DNA from: a virus
DNA length: 64,000 bases
Strand: one strand, 5' to 3'
IMG/VR virus record: IMGVR_UViG_3300046459_000436
Span: 16,674 to 80,673 of that record
Below the pieces are notes generated by a model. The model searched no databases and had not been told where the DNA came from. It saw only the letters and a program-made list of their open reading frames with translations. Made by a program: the position numbers and the translations under genes. Positions 46,072 to 56,742 of this stretch are shown in pieces (positions within the stretch are counted from its first letter, which is position 1; the number at the start of each line of letters is the position of its first letter).

Positions 46072-49000
46072 TCAGGTGGCGGCGGCCCGTGGTCCGCCGG
46101 AGACGGTGACCTTGTTGGCCTCGTCGAGCAGCCGCGACAGGACTCGCGCGGTGGCGGGGAAGCGCTGCTCGGGCGTCGGGTCGCCGAGTTCGACGGCCAG
46201 GACCGCCGGCCCGACGGGGGCCTTGGCGAGCGGCGAGTCCTGCAGTGGCGTGGGTTGCCACTTCTCGCGCCGCTGGTCGAGGTAGTCGTCGGGGAATTCG
46301 TCGCCGACGTGCTGCACCCCTCGCGGCACCGTTGCCTGGTCCTCGATGGCGCTGGTATCGCGGACGCCGATCTGCGTGGACACGGCGGTGGCGTACTTCT
46401 CGTTCGCGTCAAGCGCCCGTGCAAGCTGGGTCTGCAGCTCGTTGACTTCGACGACGGCGTTCCCGAGTTCGCTGGCGGTGTGTCGCAGCCGGTTCCGGAG
46501 GCGCCGGCACTCTTCGCGGGCGGCGTCCCGGTCGTGGCGGAGGTGTCGTTTGGTGTAGCGGTGTGCGCCCGCTCCGGTGAAGGGCCTCATACCGCCACCT
46601 CCGGCGCCTCGACGCTGGCCGGGCGGAGGCTCGCGGCGGTCTCCCGCATCGCCGCGATGACCTCCTCGACCGTGCGTCCGTCGGCGTCGTTGAAGGCAAA
46701 GGCGTTCCACCCGAGGTGCTCGTGGAGGGCCACCAGCGCGAAGTCGACGACGGCGAGATCGTCGGCGTCCCCGCCGAAGCGCGGCTCGCCGAGTACGACC
46801 GCCTTGAGCGCGCCGTAGATGTCGGTGCGGCACTCGGCCAGCAGTGCGCCTGCGGCGAGTTGCTTGCCGTCGTACATGGCGCCCTGAATCCACCCCCACT
46901 CGGCGAGGTGGTCGGCGGCCTTGTCGAGGACATCGGCCTGCGCGGCGGGGGTGGGGAAGGTGGTCACAGCGATCGACCTCGGTTCGTCTGGTGCGGGATC
47001 TGGGAGACGTGGCGGGCGATGCGCGCCCCGCCGGCCTTCGGGTTGTCGACGGCGGGGAGCGCGTTGTACGGCTCGGGCTCCGGCGGCGCCATCCCGGCGG
47101 GCCCGGTGGGCTTCGCGCCGGTGATGACGTTCAGGCCGGGGACGCGGGAGGCGCAGATGAGGACTGCGCAGCCGACCACGATCACGACCAGGGCGGAGAG
47201 GAAGAGGATCGTGGAGGTGCTCACGCGGCACTCCCCGTCTCGGCGTCGAGCGTTGCCTGAGTCGTGTCGCCCTTGATGTGCGGGCATCGCTTCGCGAGGT
47301 CGATGTCGGCCCGGTAGCGGTCCCAGCCCATCAGTTCCAACTGGTAGCCCTGGCGGGTGTACTTGGCCCGTTCGCGCTGCGTGGGCCAGATCTCCCGGAG
47401 CGCCTGGTCGAGCGTGGCGTGGGCGGTGTCCCCGTAGGCGGCGGTGAGGGCGCCGGTCGGGCATCCGCAGGGTGCGAATGTGATCCACACGCACTTGCTC
47501 AGCGGCCACAGCGTGCCGTCGATCTGCACCATCAGGTCAGGCACGGTTGCCACCGCCCTCGGGCAGCATCTCGATGTCCATGCCGATCCCGACTTCGGGG
47601 ACCTCGGGCCGGGTGCTGTCGTTCATGATGACCGGGCGGCCGGACAGCAGCGCGGTCATGATGGCCTCGCCTAGTCCGTTGTCCTCGGCACCCATGTCGA
47701 CGCGGATCGGATCGGTGTTCTCAGACATTGCGGCCCTCCTCGGGCGGGTTGGGGATGAGGCCGAGTGCGGCCATGAACTGGAAGTCCTCCAGCGGCAGTT
47801 CGGGAAGCTCGCGTCCGCCGAGGCCGAGCGCACGGATGAGCCCGGACCCCACGGCGTTACGCGTCTCAGGCGGCGCGTCCGGCAGGTGCTCCAGCGCGTC
47901 CACGGCCTGAGCAACATCGGTCGTCACGCCACCGCCCGCTTCCGGTAGGCGCGGGAGTCGTTCCGCCACCGCTGCCGATCGGCGGGAGCCCGCAGCACCG
48001 GCACATCGAGGTTCGCGGCGGCACAGCCCTCCAGGAACCCGGCGGCCGACGCCAGATGGTCGCCGGAGATCAGCGACCGGAAGAACCCGTCCGTGTCGTC
48101 ACCCTCGGATGCGGCCCGCAGACCGGCGTTGAAGCCGAGCATGTACAGCTGCTGGCCCTCGGCCGGCAGGTGTGCGCAGTGCGTGAGCGCGCGGTCGTAG
48201 GTCTTCATGCCGCCTCTTTCTGCGGGTGGAACTGCTCGTGGATGGCGCCGAGGGTCGCGAGGTAGACGCGGCGGGTCTTCGGTCCCCACGCGGTCTCGTC
48301 GGCGCCGAACTGGCGGTGGAACAGGGCATCGACCCGGGCGAGTTCGGCCTCCTCGACGTCCTCGGGCCGGGTCTCGTAGACCGGCGGGAGGTCATCGGTG
48401 GCGGGGAGGTCGTCGGCCCAGTCGGCCAGCAGCAGGGGGCTCATGCCTGGCTCCCCGTGATCTGCTCGGCACGGAAGTCGGCGAGCTCCTTGAAGGCCTG
48501 CGACATGCGCAGCAGGTAGGCGGGAGTCGCCATCGACGGGTCGAGGTTCAGGCTGTCGCCCAGCTTCAGCAGGGCCATCGGATGACCACCGCTCATGAAG
48601 TGGTGGACGCTGATCTCGTGCGCGTCCTCGCCCAAAACCACCTGCGGCGTCGACACGTAGGACGAACGACTCATGCCGCACCGCCCTCGGTGCCGTCGGC
48701 GAGTTCCAGCGCCGGCTGAGGGGTGGCGAGCTTCCGCAGGCCGTAGCGGGTGACCTTGTCGTAGCGGCGGATGCCCCAGAGGATCGCGTGGCAGGCCCAC
48801 AGGAACGATCGCTCGTAGTCGCGGAAGCTGAACTCCCACGTCTCGCCGAAGTCGAAGCCCTTGAACTCGAAGGACTCCAGCAGGTCCCGGGCCTCCCGCT
48901 CGTCCGGCAGTTCCCTGTTCAGGATCTCCTCACGAACCGCCCTGCCCAGCCCTCGGGGGGCGTCGCCACACTGGACTGCACTCACGAACAGCTCGGTGAC

Positions 49001-50213
49001 GATCTGCTTGAACGCGTCCTCGGAGTAGACCTTCGCGGAGTCCCGGTGGCCGTCGAGCTTCTGCACCCAGTAGTACGGGTTGATGCCCCACCGGCGGTCG
49101 GCCCGGAAGAACGGGAGCATGTCCCGCTCGCGGGTGAAGGTGTAGGCGTCGCCGTAGTCCCCACGGATGGTGAGGCAGCCGGGCCAGGTGATCAGGTCGA
49201 ACCAGTACTCGCCGTAGCCGCGCGGGTTGCTGGTGAACCGCAGGTGCCGGTACAGGTCGTCGTCGTGCAGGATCGTCATTGCGTGCTTGGCGGTGTCGTC
49301 GGCGAACCGCCGGGCGATGCCCTGCTCGCGGTCCTCGACCGTCACGAACGATGCGGGCTTAGTGGGCGGGGCGACGGGCGCGAAGTTCTCCGGGGCGCCC
49401 ATCAGGGCCGCGCCCTCGGCCGCCGTCAGAAGGGTGGCGTTGGCGGTCATGCGGTCACCTCGGGGGTGGTCTCGTTGTCGTCGCAGGGGCAGCCGGGTGC
49501 CATGTGGGCGCAGGCCGTCTCGTGGGCCGGGGCTTCCAGCTCGTGGCGGAACGTGTCGGTCAGCGACAGGGACAGGCGGTAGGCCTCCACCTGGACGTCA
49601 GCGGCCGCGCGCTGCCGGGTCACCAGGTCTGTGAGGCCGGGGAGCGGGCGGGGAGAGACGGGGGCGGTCATGACGTGCACCCCGCTCCGCAGCCGAAGCG
49701 GACCAGTGCCGACGGGTACGGGCCGCCGTGCTTCAGTGGGTCGATCTCGTTCGCTGCGTCACGGAGTCCTCGGGGCACGGCCCTCTCGCCCCCGATCTCC
49801 GCCTTGGCGGCCGTCATCCGCAGATCCCTTGCCGCCTCGGCCGCCGCGTAGGAGCCGACCGCCTGCTGGTAGCACAGGTGCACGTCCTCGGCGAGGCGGC
49901 TGGCCAGGAACGCGTGCACCTCGGCCGGAGTGACGGAGAAGCGCGACAGGTAGGCGGAGTCGCTGACGATGGGCTCACCGAGCGAGAGTTGGGTGAGCAT
50001 CCGCGACAGCTCGTACTGGGCGCCCAGAGCCTCACTGCCCGGGTCCGTGCTGTCGTCGATGAAGTGCTGCAGGGACTGGCTCACGCGCTTCGCAGCTGCG
50101 GCCAACTCAGCCAGCTCAATGCGCTGGCGCTCCGCCAGACGCTCCGGCGACAGGGGGACGGGGGTGAAGTCGGGGGCGGGTTCAGGGTTCTGAAAAGATG
50201 TGGTCACGGCCAC
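46072..50213 (-). CDS. Early operon of about 12 hypothetical genes (including 46072-46590, DUF6197-like 46587-46967, 46964-47224, 47221-47553, 48671-49450, 49668-50213)
   Basis: Continuous ATGA/GTGA-coupled ORFs. Confidence 0.6.
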
Positions 50214-50295
50214 TCCTGTTCTTCAGGGTTCTGGGGGTGGATCGAGGGCCCGGCTGCTGGTGTGAGGCGCCGGCGGTTGGGCCCGCAGACCGTCG

Positions 50296-50922
50296 TCAGG
50301 CGACGGCCGTCTCCGAAGCGGTGTCGCCCAGATCGCCACGCGCCTCGGCCAGCTCGGCGCGGAGTGTGCGCACCTCAGCGATGAGCAGAGGGGCCAGGCG
50401 GTGGGCGTGGATGATGAATTCGGCGATCGATCGGGCCTGGCAGTTGCGCCCTAGCCCTCTGCGGATCTCCGCGACGTCCTCATCGCAGCCGTCGTTGATC
50501 TCATCCGCAGGGCGGGAGAGCACGCGGTATCGCTGATCGTCGGAATCGAGAATGGGGAAAGAGAAGAACCAGGACCCATCAGGGGTGTCCAGGTACGCAT
50601 CGAGCAGCTCGGCAAGATCTTCATCCGAAGCCGACTCGACTTCCCCCGACCAGAACGCGGCCCGAGCGAACGCACGAAAGCGCAAGTAAGGCTGAGTGCT
50701 CTTGGCGATGTTGCATCGCTTGCAGGCGAGCGTCAGGTTGTCCTCGACGTCTCCCCCGCCCTCGGCGAGGGGGTCCTTATGGTCGACGTGCCAGGGACGC
50801 CTGTCGGGTCCAGCCTCCAAGCCGCCCGGCCGGTTGCAGTAGTGGCACCGGTAGTCGTGGGCGCGGATGAAGTCGTGCCGCCAGGCCAGTGGGCGAACGA
50901 TGCGGGCGATCTTCTCGGTCAT
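50296..50922 (-). CDS. HNH endonuclease domain protein
   Basis: CHYC...WHVDHKDPLAEGG...NLTLACKRCNIAK. Confidence 0.85.
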   Translation of the reverse strand: MTEKIARIVRPLAWRHDFIRAHDYRCHYCNRPGGLEAGPDRRPWHVDHKDPLAEGGGDVEDNLTLACKRCNIAKSTQPYLRFRAFARAAFWSGEVESASDEDLAELLDAYLDTPDGSWFFSFPILDSDDQRYRVLSRPADEINDGCDEDVAEIRRGLGRNCQARSIAEFIIHAHRLAPLLIAEVRTLRAELAEARGDLGDTASETAVA

Positions 50923-50944
50923 GGGTGGCGCTGGTCCTTTGGGC

Positions 50945-51250
50945 TCAGGCGGCGGTGCGGGCCGGCTTGCGGCTGGCCTGCTGAGGCACGGTGGCCTTGC
51001 GGGGTCGGCTGCGGGTGCGGCGTATGGACTTGGCGCCGCCGTGGCGCAGCTCGTAGATGGCCGCCCGGGTGGCGCGGTCGGTGACGACCCTGAGGCCGGG
51101 GGTGCCGGGGCGGCCGAGGGCCTTGAGGGCCTCTCGGACGGCCCGGACGCTGCACTTGAGGACGAAGGCGGTTTCCCGTCCGTCCATGTACTCGGCGTTG
51201 AGGTCGGTGGGGGCGACCGGGGTCTCGTACTGGGCGTACTTGCTGGACAT
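50945..51250 (-). CDS. Probable excisionase/HTH-like protein
   Basis: YMDGRETAFVLKCSVRAVR; second gene of the early operon. Confidence 0.5.
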   Translation of the reverse strand: MSSKYAQYETPVAPTDLNAEYMDGRETAFVLKCSVRAVREALKALGRPGTPGLRVVTDRATRAAIYELRHGGAKSIRRTRSRPRKATVPQQASRKPARTAA

Positions 51251-51251
51251 G

Positions 51252-51503
51252 TCACTTCCTTTCGGGCTGGGGGGTGTCTCCTCGGTGGGGGGCAAGGAGG
51301 TCGTCGTAGGTCGCTTGGAGCTCGCTGCAGAGCCGGGCGTATTTGGCCGGTCCTAGCTGTTTGCGTCGGCCGTTTTCGAGCTTTCGGAGGTAGCTGGCGC
51401 TGATCCCCACGGCGTCTGCGAGCTGCTGTGTGGGCAGACCGGCTCGCATACGTCTCTTGCGGATTGCGTCCCCGTCCACCTCGACCGTGGTCGTTTGGGG
51501 CAC
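51252..51503 (-). CDS. Cro-like XRE HTH protein
   Basis: AIRKRRMRAGLPTQQLADAVGISASYLRKLENG; divergent from the repressor. Confidence 0.85.
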   Translation of the reverse strand: MPQTTTVEVDGDAIRKRRMRAGLPTQQLADAVGISASYLRKLENGRRKQLGPAKYARLCSELQATYDDLLAPHRGDTPQPERK

Positions 51504-51681
51504 GTCTACAACCTAGGCGCTAGTTAGGCAGTTGTCCAGCACTAGGTCAGCATTAGTCGGACACAGTTCTGCAATAGTGCGACGTTTGTGCAGGTGGGGG
51601 CGATGTTGCAGAAGGGTCGATCTTCGGCCGACCTGCCGAACAGTCCTGGCTAGTCCCGCACAGTCCTGTCATGATGTGCGC
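51504..51681. promoter_or_regulatory. Immunity switch region
   Basis: Divergent intergenic region with repeated CTAG and AGTCC motifs. Confidence 0.6.
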
Positions 51682-52113
51682 GTGGCGACACCCGACCTCC
51701 AGCGGCTAGCGGCCTTCGTAGAGAAGCGCCGCCGAGACCTCAACCTGTCCGTAGTCCGCGCTGCCCGCGCATCTGGCATGAGCAGAGACACCTGGTCGCG
51801 CGTCGAAAACGGCCAGCCGGCTCGCCTGATGAACTACGACAAGATCGAAGACGTCCTCCAGTGGGCGACCGGGAGCTGTCAGAAGATCATGGACGGCGGC
51901 GAGCCCATAGAGGCCTCTTCCGTGAGCGATGAAGCACCCATTGAGTTCGCCGCCGTACCGCCCGAGGCGGTGGAGGAGAAGTGGCGTCAGGCCGTGCAGG
52001 GCGCAATGATCGCCGGGACGGATCTGACGGCCGACAAGATCCGTGACGTGACGGAGCGAGCCCTCGCCGAGGCGCGCAGGAACGGGCTGTTCCCTGGAAT
52101 CAAGGAAGATTGA
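51682..52113 (+). CDS. Immunity repressor (XRE HTH)
   Basis: RLAAFVEKRRRDLNLSVVRAARASGMSRDTWSRVENG. Confidence 0.82.
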   Translation: MATPDLQRLAAFVEKRRRDLNLSVVRAARASGMSRDTWSRVENGQPARLMNYDKIEDVLQWATGSCQKIMDGGEPIEASSVSDEAPIEFAAVPPEAVEEKWRQAVQGAMIAGTDLTADKIRDVTERALAEARRNGLFPGIKED

Positions 52114-52262
52114 CGCCACTTCCGTACAACCATTCGCACGTTACGCATTTGTGACAACCCGAATCGTAACCTCACCCGAACAACCCCATCACAACCAGCC
52201 ACACACGTGGCACTATCGGTCAAACCACTTGGGGGGCACTCCCATCCCTACGGGAGGGCCAT

Positions 52263-52463
52263 ATGGGAAAGTTGCTCACAGCCGACCTCGGTACCGGCAT
52301 CATCGGATGGCGGGGCGAGATCAACGGGAGCATGGTGTGTGTTGCCACACCCCGGGTCCTGCACGACCCCGCCGCATGGCGGAAAATGCGCGATCTGGTC
52401 AAGCTGCAGGGTGGCGACTGCGACGGCTGTCAAGGATGCCCGCTCGGGCAGGGAAACAGCTGA
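52263..52463 (+). CDS. Small Cys-rich hypothetical protein
   Basis: GGGAGG RBS; GGDCDGCQGCP. Confidence 0.6.
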   Translation: MGKLLTADLGTGIIGWRGEINGSMVCVATPRVLHDPAAWRKMRDLVKLQGGDCDGCQGCPLGQGNS

Positions 52464-52530
52464 CGTGACGTGAGGCCGGCGGCAGGGGTGCTACGCCGGA
52501 CCACACGCACCGATCCCCAGGGGTGACGAG

Positions 52531-53889
52531 ATGCCGTATGTAGAGGTGCGCGGGGGCAGTATCCGCGTCAAGTGGTGGGGTGGCGAGTACAAGACCGCCG
52601 AGGATGGTACGCGGACGAAGAAGTACGAGTCCGCCAGCGGCCCCGAGCCCGGCGTGAAGTTCCGGACCGAGCGGGAGGCCGAGGACTTCGGCAAGGACCG
52701 CGAGTACGAGGTGCGGCACGGCAAGCACATCCGGCGCGTCGACAGCAAGACGCTCATGGAGTCGTACTGCTGGGTCTGGTTCGACGCCGCGGAGGAGCTC
52801 CAGCCGAACAGCGTGAAGAGCTACCGTTCCATGCTGAACGCCGCCATCGTGCCCTACTGGGGCGGCAGGCCGGTCGGCGAGATCACACCCCCCGAGTACG
52901 ACGCGTGGAAGAAACAAATCAAGCAGTCGTACTCGGAGAACTACGTCAAGGGGCTCCTCGGTCTGTTCCGTCGGCTGATGGAAGACGCCGTGGTCAAGTA
53001 CAAGTTGCGCCCCGAGACGCCTGTCGTCGAGCAGCGGCGCCGCGGCCAGTACGTGAAGCGCAACACCCGCCGCGTGAAGCGGATCCTGCCCATCGAGGTC
53101 GTGCACCACCTGGCGACGAACGCCTACACGGTCTGGGGCTTCACCGGCTGGACCTACATCTGGACGGTGGGCTTCACGGGGATGCGCCCGCCCGGAGAGA
53201 TGTACGGCCTGCAGCGCGGCTTCGCCTCGCCGAACTGGCCGGCCTGCGACCCGGACCCGGACCGGCGCGAGGACGCGCTGGAGCGCTACGAGAAGATGCA
53301 CGCCCTGCGGGTGCAGCACCAGACGTACAAGGCGGGCGGCCAGTCGATCCTCGCAGGCCCGAAGTACGGCTCGTACCGGACGCTGGTGATCCCGCCGTTC
53401 CTGCACGACATGCACTCCGCGCTGCTCGCCTCCCACGACTCCCCGTGGGTGTTCACGTCCACGTCCGGCAAGCCCATGCTGGGCTCGCAGTTCCACCGGA
53501 GCTACTGGTGGCCGATCCGGGACGGCGCCCCCGCGCGACGCGGAAGGTTCGAGCGGCCTGCACTTCTGCCCGTGGAGGCGATGGCTGGTCAGGATCTGTA
53601 CCGGCTCCGGCACTGGATGAAGGAGCTCATGGACGAGCCCGGTGCGGATATTGCGAGGGCGGCGGTCGAGGGGCGCATGGGCCACGAACTGCCCGGCGTG
53701 GAGGGCACGTACAGCTACGTCACGCCTGCCATGGAGCGGCGGATCGTCGACTACCTGCAGGGCGTGTGGGAAACCTTCTGGGCGTCGGGGCCCTGGTGGG
53801 CTCCCCCATTTCCCAAACCTCTCCCAGATGGGCAACGGGCGGTAAATTCGCCCCTGTTCAGCGGGCTGCCGATCATTGGTGAGCATTGA
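52531..53889 (+). CDS. int: Tyrosine integrase
   Basis: N-terminal arm-binding region, FTGMRPPGE, GPKY, YRLRHW, RMGHE...TYSY. Confidence 0.9.
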   Translation: MPYVEVRGGSIRVKWWGGEYKTAEDGTRTKKYESASGPEPGVKFRTEREAEDFGKDREYEVRHGKHIRRVDSKTLMESYCWVWFDAAEELQPNSVKSYRSMLNAAIVPYWGGRPVGEITPPEYDAWKKQIKQSYSENYVKGLLGLFRRLMEDAVVKYKLRPETPVVEQRRRGQYVKRNTRRVKRILPIEVVHHLATNAYTVWGFTGWTYIWTVGFTGMRPPGEMYGLQRGFASPNWPACDPDPDRREDALERYEKMHALRVQHQTYKAGGQSILAGPKYGSYRTLVIPPFLHDMHSALLASHDSPWVFTSTSGKPMLGSQFHRSYWWPIRDGAPARRGRFERPALLPVEAMAGQDLYRLRHWMKELMDEPGADIARAAVEGRMGHELPGVEGTYSYVTPAMERRIVDYLQGVWETFWASGPWWAPPFPKPLPDGQRAVNSPLFSGLPIIGEH

Positions 53890-54044
53890 TCCGCCAGATG
53901 TAGCGGTCGGCTTTTCACCTGAGCCACCCACCTGCCGCTACTGGCGGATTAACCACTCTGACCTGCACGTTCCATCTCTCAGTCGGAATCTATCGGTAGT
54001 GTTCCGGCGGTGTTCGGACGACTTTCTTTCCCAATCGTCTCCCA
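53809..54044. other. Putative attP region bounded by arm-type direct repeats
   Basis: TTTCCCAAaCcTCTCCCA (53809) and TTTCCCAAtCgTCTCCCA (54027), 16/18 identical; core not identified. Confidence 0.55.
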
Positions 54045-54444
54045 TTCCCGGCCCCGGGCAGCAGAAAGACCGTCCCCGGGCCGCCACTTGGGGAGCGGCT
54101 TCCGGCCCGGGGACGGCCATCCTGATCAACGAGTCCATGTACGCGCAGGTGGCGGCCATTCTTGTCACTCGATTGAGTGAGTTTGATCGCGCGCCGACAA
54201 GAAAAGACCGGCCCCGCCGCTAGGGGGTGCTGCGACGAGACCGGCCGTCATGTGACGCCGGAGCGAACCGTTTCTGCTCCGGCGCCAAGCCTCTCGGATG
54301 CCACTGACATCGGGCACCGTTGCGTGGCGTTGCATGCATATATGCAGGCCGTGACCGGGCGTCTCCCATCACTACCCGGCCATGGCCGGAAAATGTGCAT
54401 GGCCATGTACAGACTTGGGATCTTGAGCCGACCAGCGTGGGCGC

Positions 54445-54690
54445 GTGCCACAAGATCCGCCCGACTGGGCCCTTGCCCGCCGCCGCGAGATCGGCCAACG
54501 ACTCCGCGCTCGCCGCCGCACCGCAGGCCTGTCCATGGAGCGGCTCGGCGAACAGGTCCGCGGCGTCGACCGGCGCACCGTCTCCGCCTGGGAGTACGGC
54601 ACCAGCGACCCGACCCTCACCGACCTGCTGCTCATTGCTCACGCCCTCGGGATCCCGGCCGCCGACCTCATCGCCGACCCGCCGGAGTAG
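54445..54690 (+). CDS. XRE HTH protein
   Basis: PDWALARRREIGQRLRARR...VSAWEYGTSDPTL. Confidence 0.85.
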   Translation: MPQDPPDWALARRREIGQRLRARRRTAGLSMERLGEQVRGVDRRTVSAWEYGTSDPTLTDLLLIAHALGIPAADLIADPPE

Positions 54691-54704
54691 CCGCCGGCCG
54701 CGGG

Positions 54705-55139
54705 TCACGCATCGCCGTCCCGCAGTACCGCACCGAGCGCCCGGTACAGCAGCCCGGCGCTGGTGAGGTAGTCGTCGACCTGCGTCGGCAGGATCCGCCA
54801 ATGCGGGATGCCGACGCACAGCAGACCGGGTACGCCGACCCAGGTGCCGGTGCCGCGCACGAAGACGCCGCGGCCGAGAGGTATGTCCCAGGCCGCTGCG
54901 GCGCCCGGCAGGATGAGCCAGTAGAGGACGTAGCCGTCGGAGATGATGGCGCCGTTGTCGTCGGCGAGGAGTTTGGCGACCTGCTCCCCTTCGGCGCGGG
55001 GTACGCGGATGGCGTCCCAGTATTCACCGGCGCGGGTGAGTCGGGAGTTGCGGGCGTCGGGTGGCAGCCACGGGAAGCGGGTCCTCGCACCGGCGGCGGC
55101 TGCTGTTCGGGGCCCGGCGTCGTCCGTAGGCTGGTCCAT
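54705..55139 (-). CDS. Hypothetical protein
   Basis: AGEYWDAIRVP...LYWLILPG...VGVPG. Confidence 0.6.
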   Translation of the reverse strand: MDQPTDDAGPRTAAAAGARTRFPWLPPDARNSRLTRAGEYWDAIRVPRAEGEQVAKLLADDNGAIISDGYVLYWLILPGAAAAWDIPLGRGVFVRGTGTWVGVPGLLCVGIPHWRILPTQVDDYLTSAGLLYRALGAVLRDGDA

Positions 55140-55301
55140 GCTGGCCTGCTCTCATCAGGTCGGTGGTTCCGCCCCCGGTGGCCGTGTCGCGCGGCGCCGG
55201 GGGTTTTCGCTGTTCAGACGCTACCGCCATATGCCGCCCTATGTGGCCCCATACGGCCACCTACGGATGCCTGGCGCGGCGTGCAGCTCTACGTTGCGAT
55301 C

Positions 55302-55538
55302 ATGAGCGAGGGGATCCCGCAGTACGTGTACATGCAGGTCGCCGACAAGGTGGAGGCGGAGATTCGTGCCGGTCGGCTGCCCGTAGGTGCCCGTCTGCCG
55401 AATGAGCGGGACATGGGCGCGCAGTACGGTGTCGCGCCTGGGACGGCGAGCCGGGCGGTCCGGGAGCTCCGGGACCGGGGCCTCGTGGTGACGCTGCCCA
55501 ACAAGGGCACGTTCGTGGTGGCGCCGGCGGGAGGTTGA
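55302..55538 (+). CDS. GntR wHTH-only regulator
   Basis: YMQVAD...GARLPNERDMGAQYGVAPGTASRAV...KGTFV. Confidence 0.88.
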   Translation: MSEGIPQYVYMQVADKVEAEIRAGRLPVGARLPNERDMGAQYGVAPGTASRAVRELRDRGLVVTLPNKGTFVVAPAGG

Positions 55539-55559
55539 CGCCGCCCGCGTTCATCCCGC

Positions 55560-55581
55560 TGTCACTGCCCGCGCCTATGAT
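55560..55581 (+). promoter_or_regulatory. PafBC-type promoter of a leaderless gene
   Basis: TGTCAC-N10-TATGAT, 6 nt before ATG 55588. Confidence 0.55.
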
Positions 55582-55587
55582 CGATCC

Positions 55588-55785
55588 ATGCCCCCAACCC
55601 CCGCCGCACCCTCTCCTGGCGCGCGCACGGCCGCCCAGGTGAACGCGGCGATCCGGGCCTTGTTCCGCCCGCGTTGGGGTCGCGGCCTGACCACGGAGGA
55701 GCGCCGGGAGTACGAGCGGCTGCTCGCGGAGTGGAAGGCGGCTGTGCGGGCTGAGGGGCAGGGCGGGTACGGGCGGGCCGCCTGA
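55588..55785 (+). CDS. Hypothetical protein
   Basis: RTAAQVNAAIRAL...ERREYERLLAEW. Confidence 0.65.
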   Translation: MPPTPAAPSPGARTAAQVNAAIRALFRPRWGRGLTTEERREYERLLAEWKAAVRAEGQGGYGRAA

Positions 55786-55791
55786 GGCCAC

Positions 55792-55813
55792 TGTCAGACC
55801 CGCCGCCTACGCT
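55792..55813 (+). promoter_or_regulatory. PafBC-type promoter of a leaderless gene
   Basis: TGTCAG-N10-TACGCT, 6 nt before ATG 55820. Confidence 0.65.
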
Positions 55814-55819
55814 CCCGCC

Positions 55820-56092
55820 ATGAGCATCGTGATCCCTCCCGCCTTGGCCGACCTGCAGCGCACCGCGACCGACACCTTCGAGACGATCAGCGCCTACGAG
55901 GAGCAGGTGGCCAAGCCAGCGTTGGAGTGGTCGGACGAGGAGCGGGCCCGGCTGGCGGAGTTGTGGGCGGCTACGAATGCGGCGGCGGATGCGCTGCGGG
56001 CCGCCATCGACGCGTCGGGGCTGGAGCAGGGTGACGGGTACGAGTTCCAGCGGGCGTTGAAGGCAGCCGCGCGGGAGTCGCTCAACGGCTGA
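55820..56092 (+). CDS. Hypothetical protein
   Basis: ORF track; promoter directly upstream. Confidence 0.65.
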   Translation: MSIVIPPALADLQRTATDTFETISAYEEQVAKPALEWSDEERARLAELWAATNAAADALRAAIDASGLEQGDGYEFQRALKAAARESLNG

Positions 56093-56252
56093 AGGACTGG
56101 AACGCCGCCCGCTCCACGCGCCCGGCACTCGCCGCGTCGGGCATGATGCGCGCCAGTGCGGGTGATGCGGCGGCGCTGCCCCGGGAGGCCAGTTCCGCGA
56201 GGGGGATGCGGCGGCGGGTCTGGGGTGCTGCGGGCGGCTGGGTGTCGGGCAT
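56082..56252 (-). CDS. FxSxx-COOH (FxsA)-like RiPP precursor peptide, 56 aa, orphan
   Basis: Own translation MPDTQPPAAPQTRRRIPLAELASRGSAAASPALARIMPDAASAGRVERAAFQSFSR; GAGGAG RBS; too short for the ORF track. Confidence 0.7.
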   Translation of the reverse strand: MPDTQPPAAPQTRRRIPLAELASRGSAAASPALARIMPDAASAGRVERAAFQSFSR

Positions 56253-56327
56253 CGGGGCTCCTCAAGTGGGGCGGCCTCGACTCGACGGGGGCGCGAGCCG
56301 AGGCCTGAAGTGAGGGTAGCGCGGGGG

Positions 56328-56588
56328 CTACGTGTGGACGGCGTGAGCGGCCACAGCAGCCCGGACGCTGTAGGCCACATTCGCAACGGTGTCCCCGCCG
56401 GTGGTGGCGAGGTCTCCGAGCGCGGGCAGGGCTTTGGCGATCTGCTCGTCGGGCCACGGTTCGCCCCATGCTCCGTCGATGTCGCGCTGGAGCCATGCGG
56501 CAGCGGCTTCGATGTCCGCGCGGGAGTGCCCGGTCGTGGCGGCCATATCGCGGATCGCGGCTTCTACAGTGTCGGTCACGGCTTCCAT
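56328..56588 (-). CDS. Hypothetical protein
   Basis: ORF track; operon context. Confidence 0.5.
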   Translation of the reverse strand: MEAVTDTVEAAIRDMAATTGHSRADIEAAAAWLQRDIDGAWGEPWPDEQIAKALPALGDLATTGGDTVANVAYSVRAAVAAHAVHT

Positions 56589-56742
56589 TCCTTGCGGTAG
56601 TCAGCGTAGGGCAGTGCGAGGAGCGGGAAGTCGGCCTGGTTGTAGTCGATGGCGCGAACCACTCGATGTGCAGCAGGATCGCCGCCTTGTCGCGCTGGCA
56701 GTCGATCGCGGGGTCACCCCCACACAACTCGCAACGGGTCAC
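56576..56742 (-). pseudogene. Degenerate DUF6221-like fragment
   Basis: DPAIDCQRDKAAILLH in one frame and LLALPYADYRKEWKP* in another. Confidence 0.35.

Noticed and set aside
50181-50233. Direct repeat TTCAGGGTTCTG x2
   Set aside because: Only two short copies at a gene start; insufficient to assign a function
53890-54200. tRNA or tmRNA fragment as the att core
   Set aside because: No T-arm/CCA or other tRNA signature could be recognised by eye; core left unassigned
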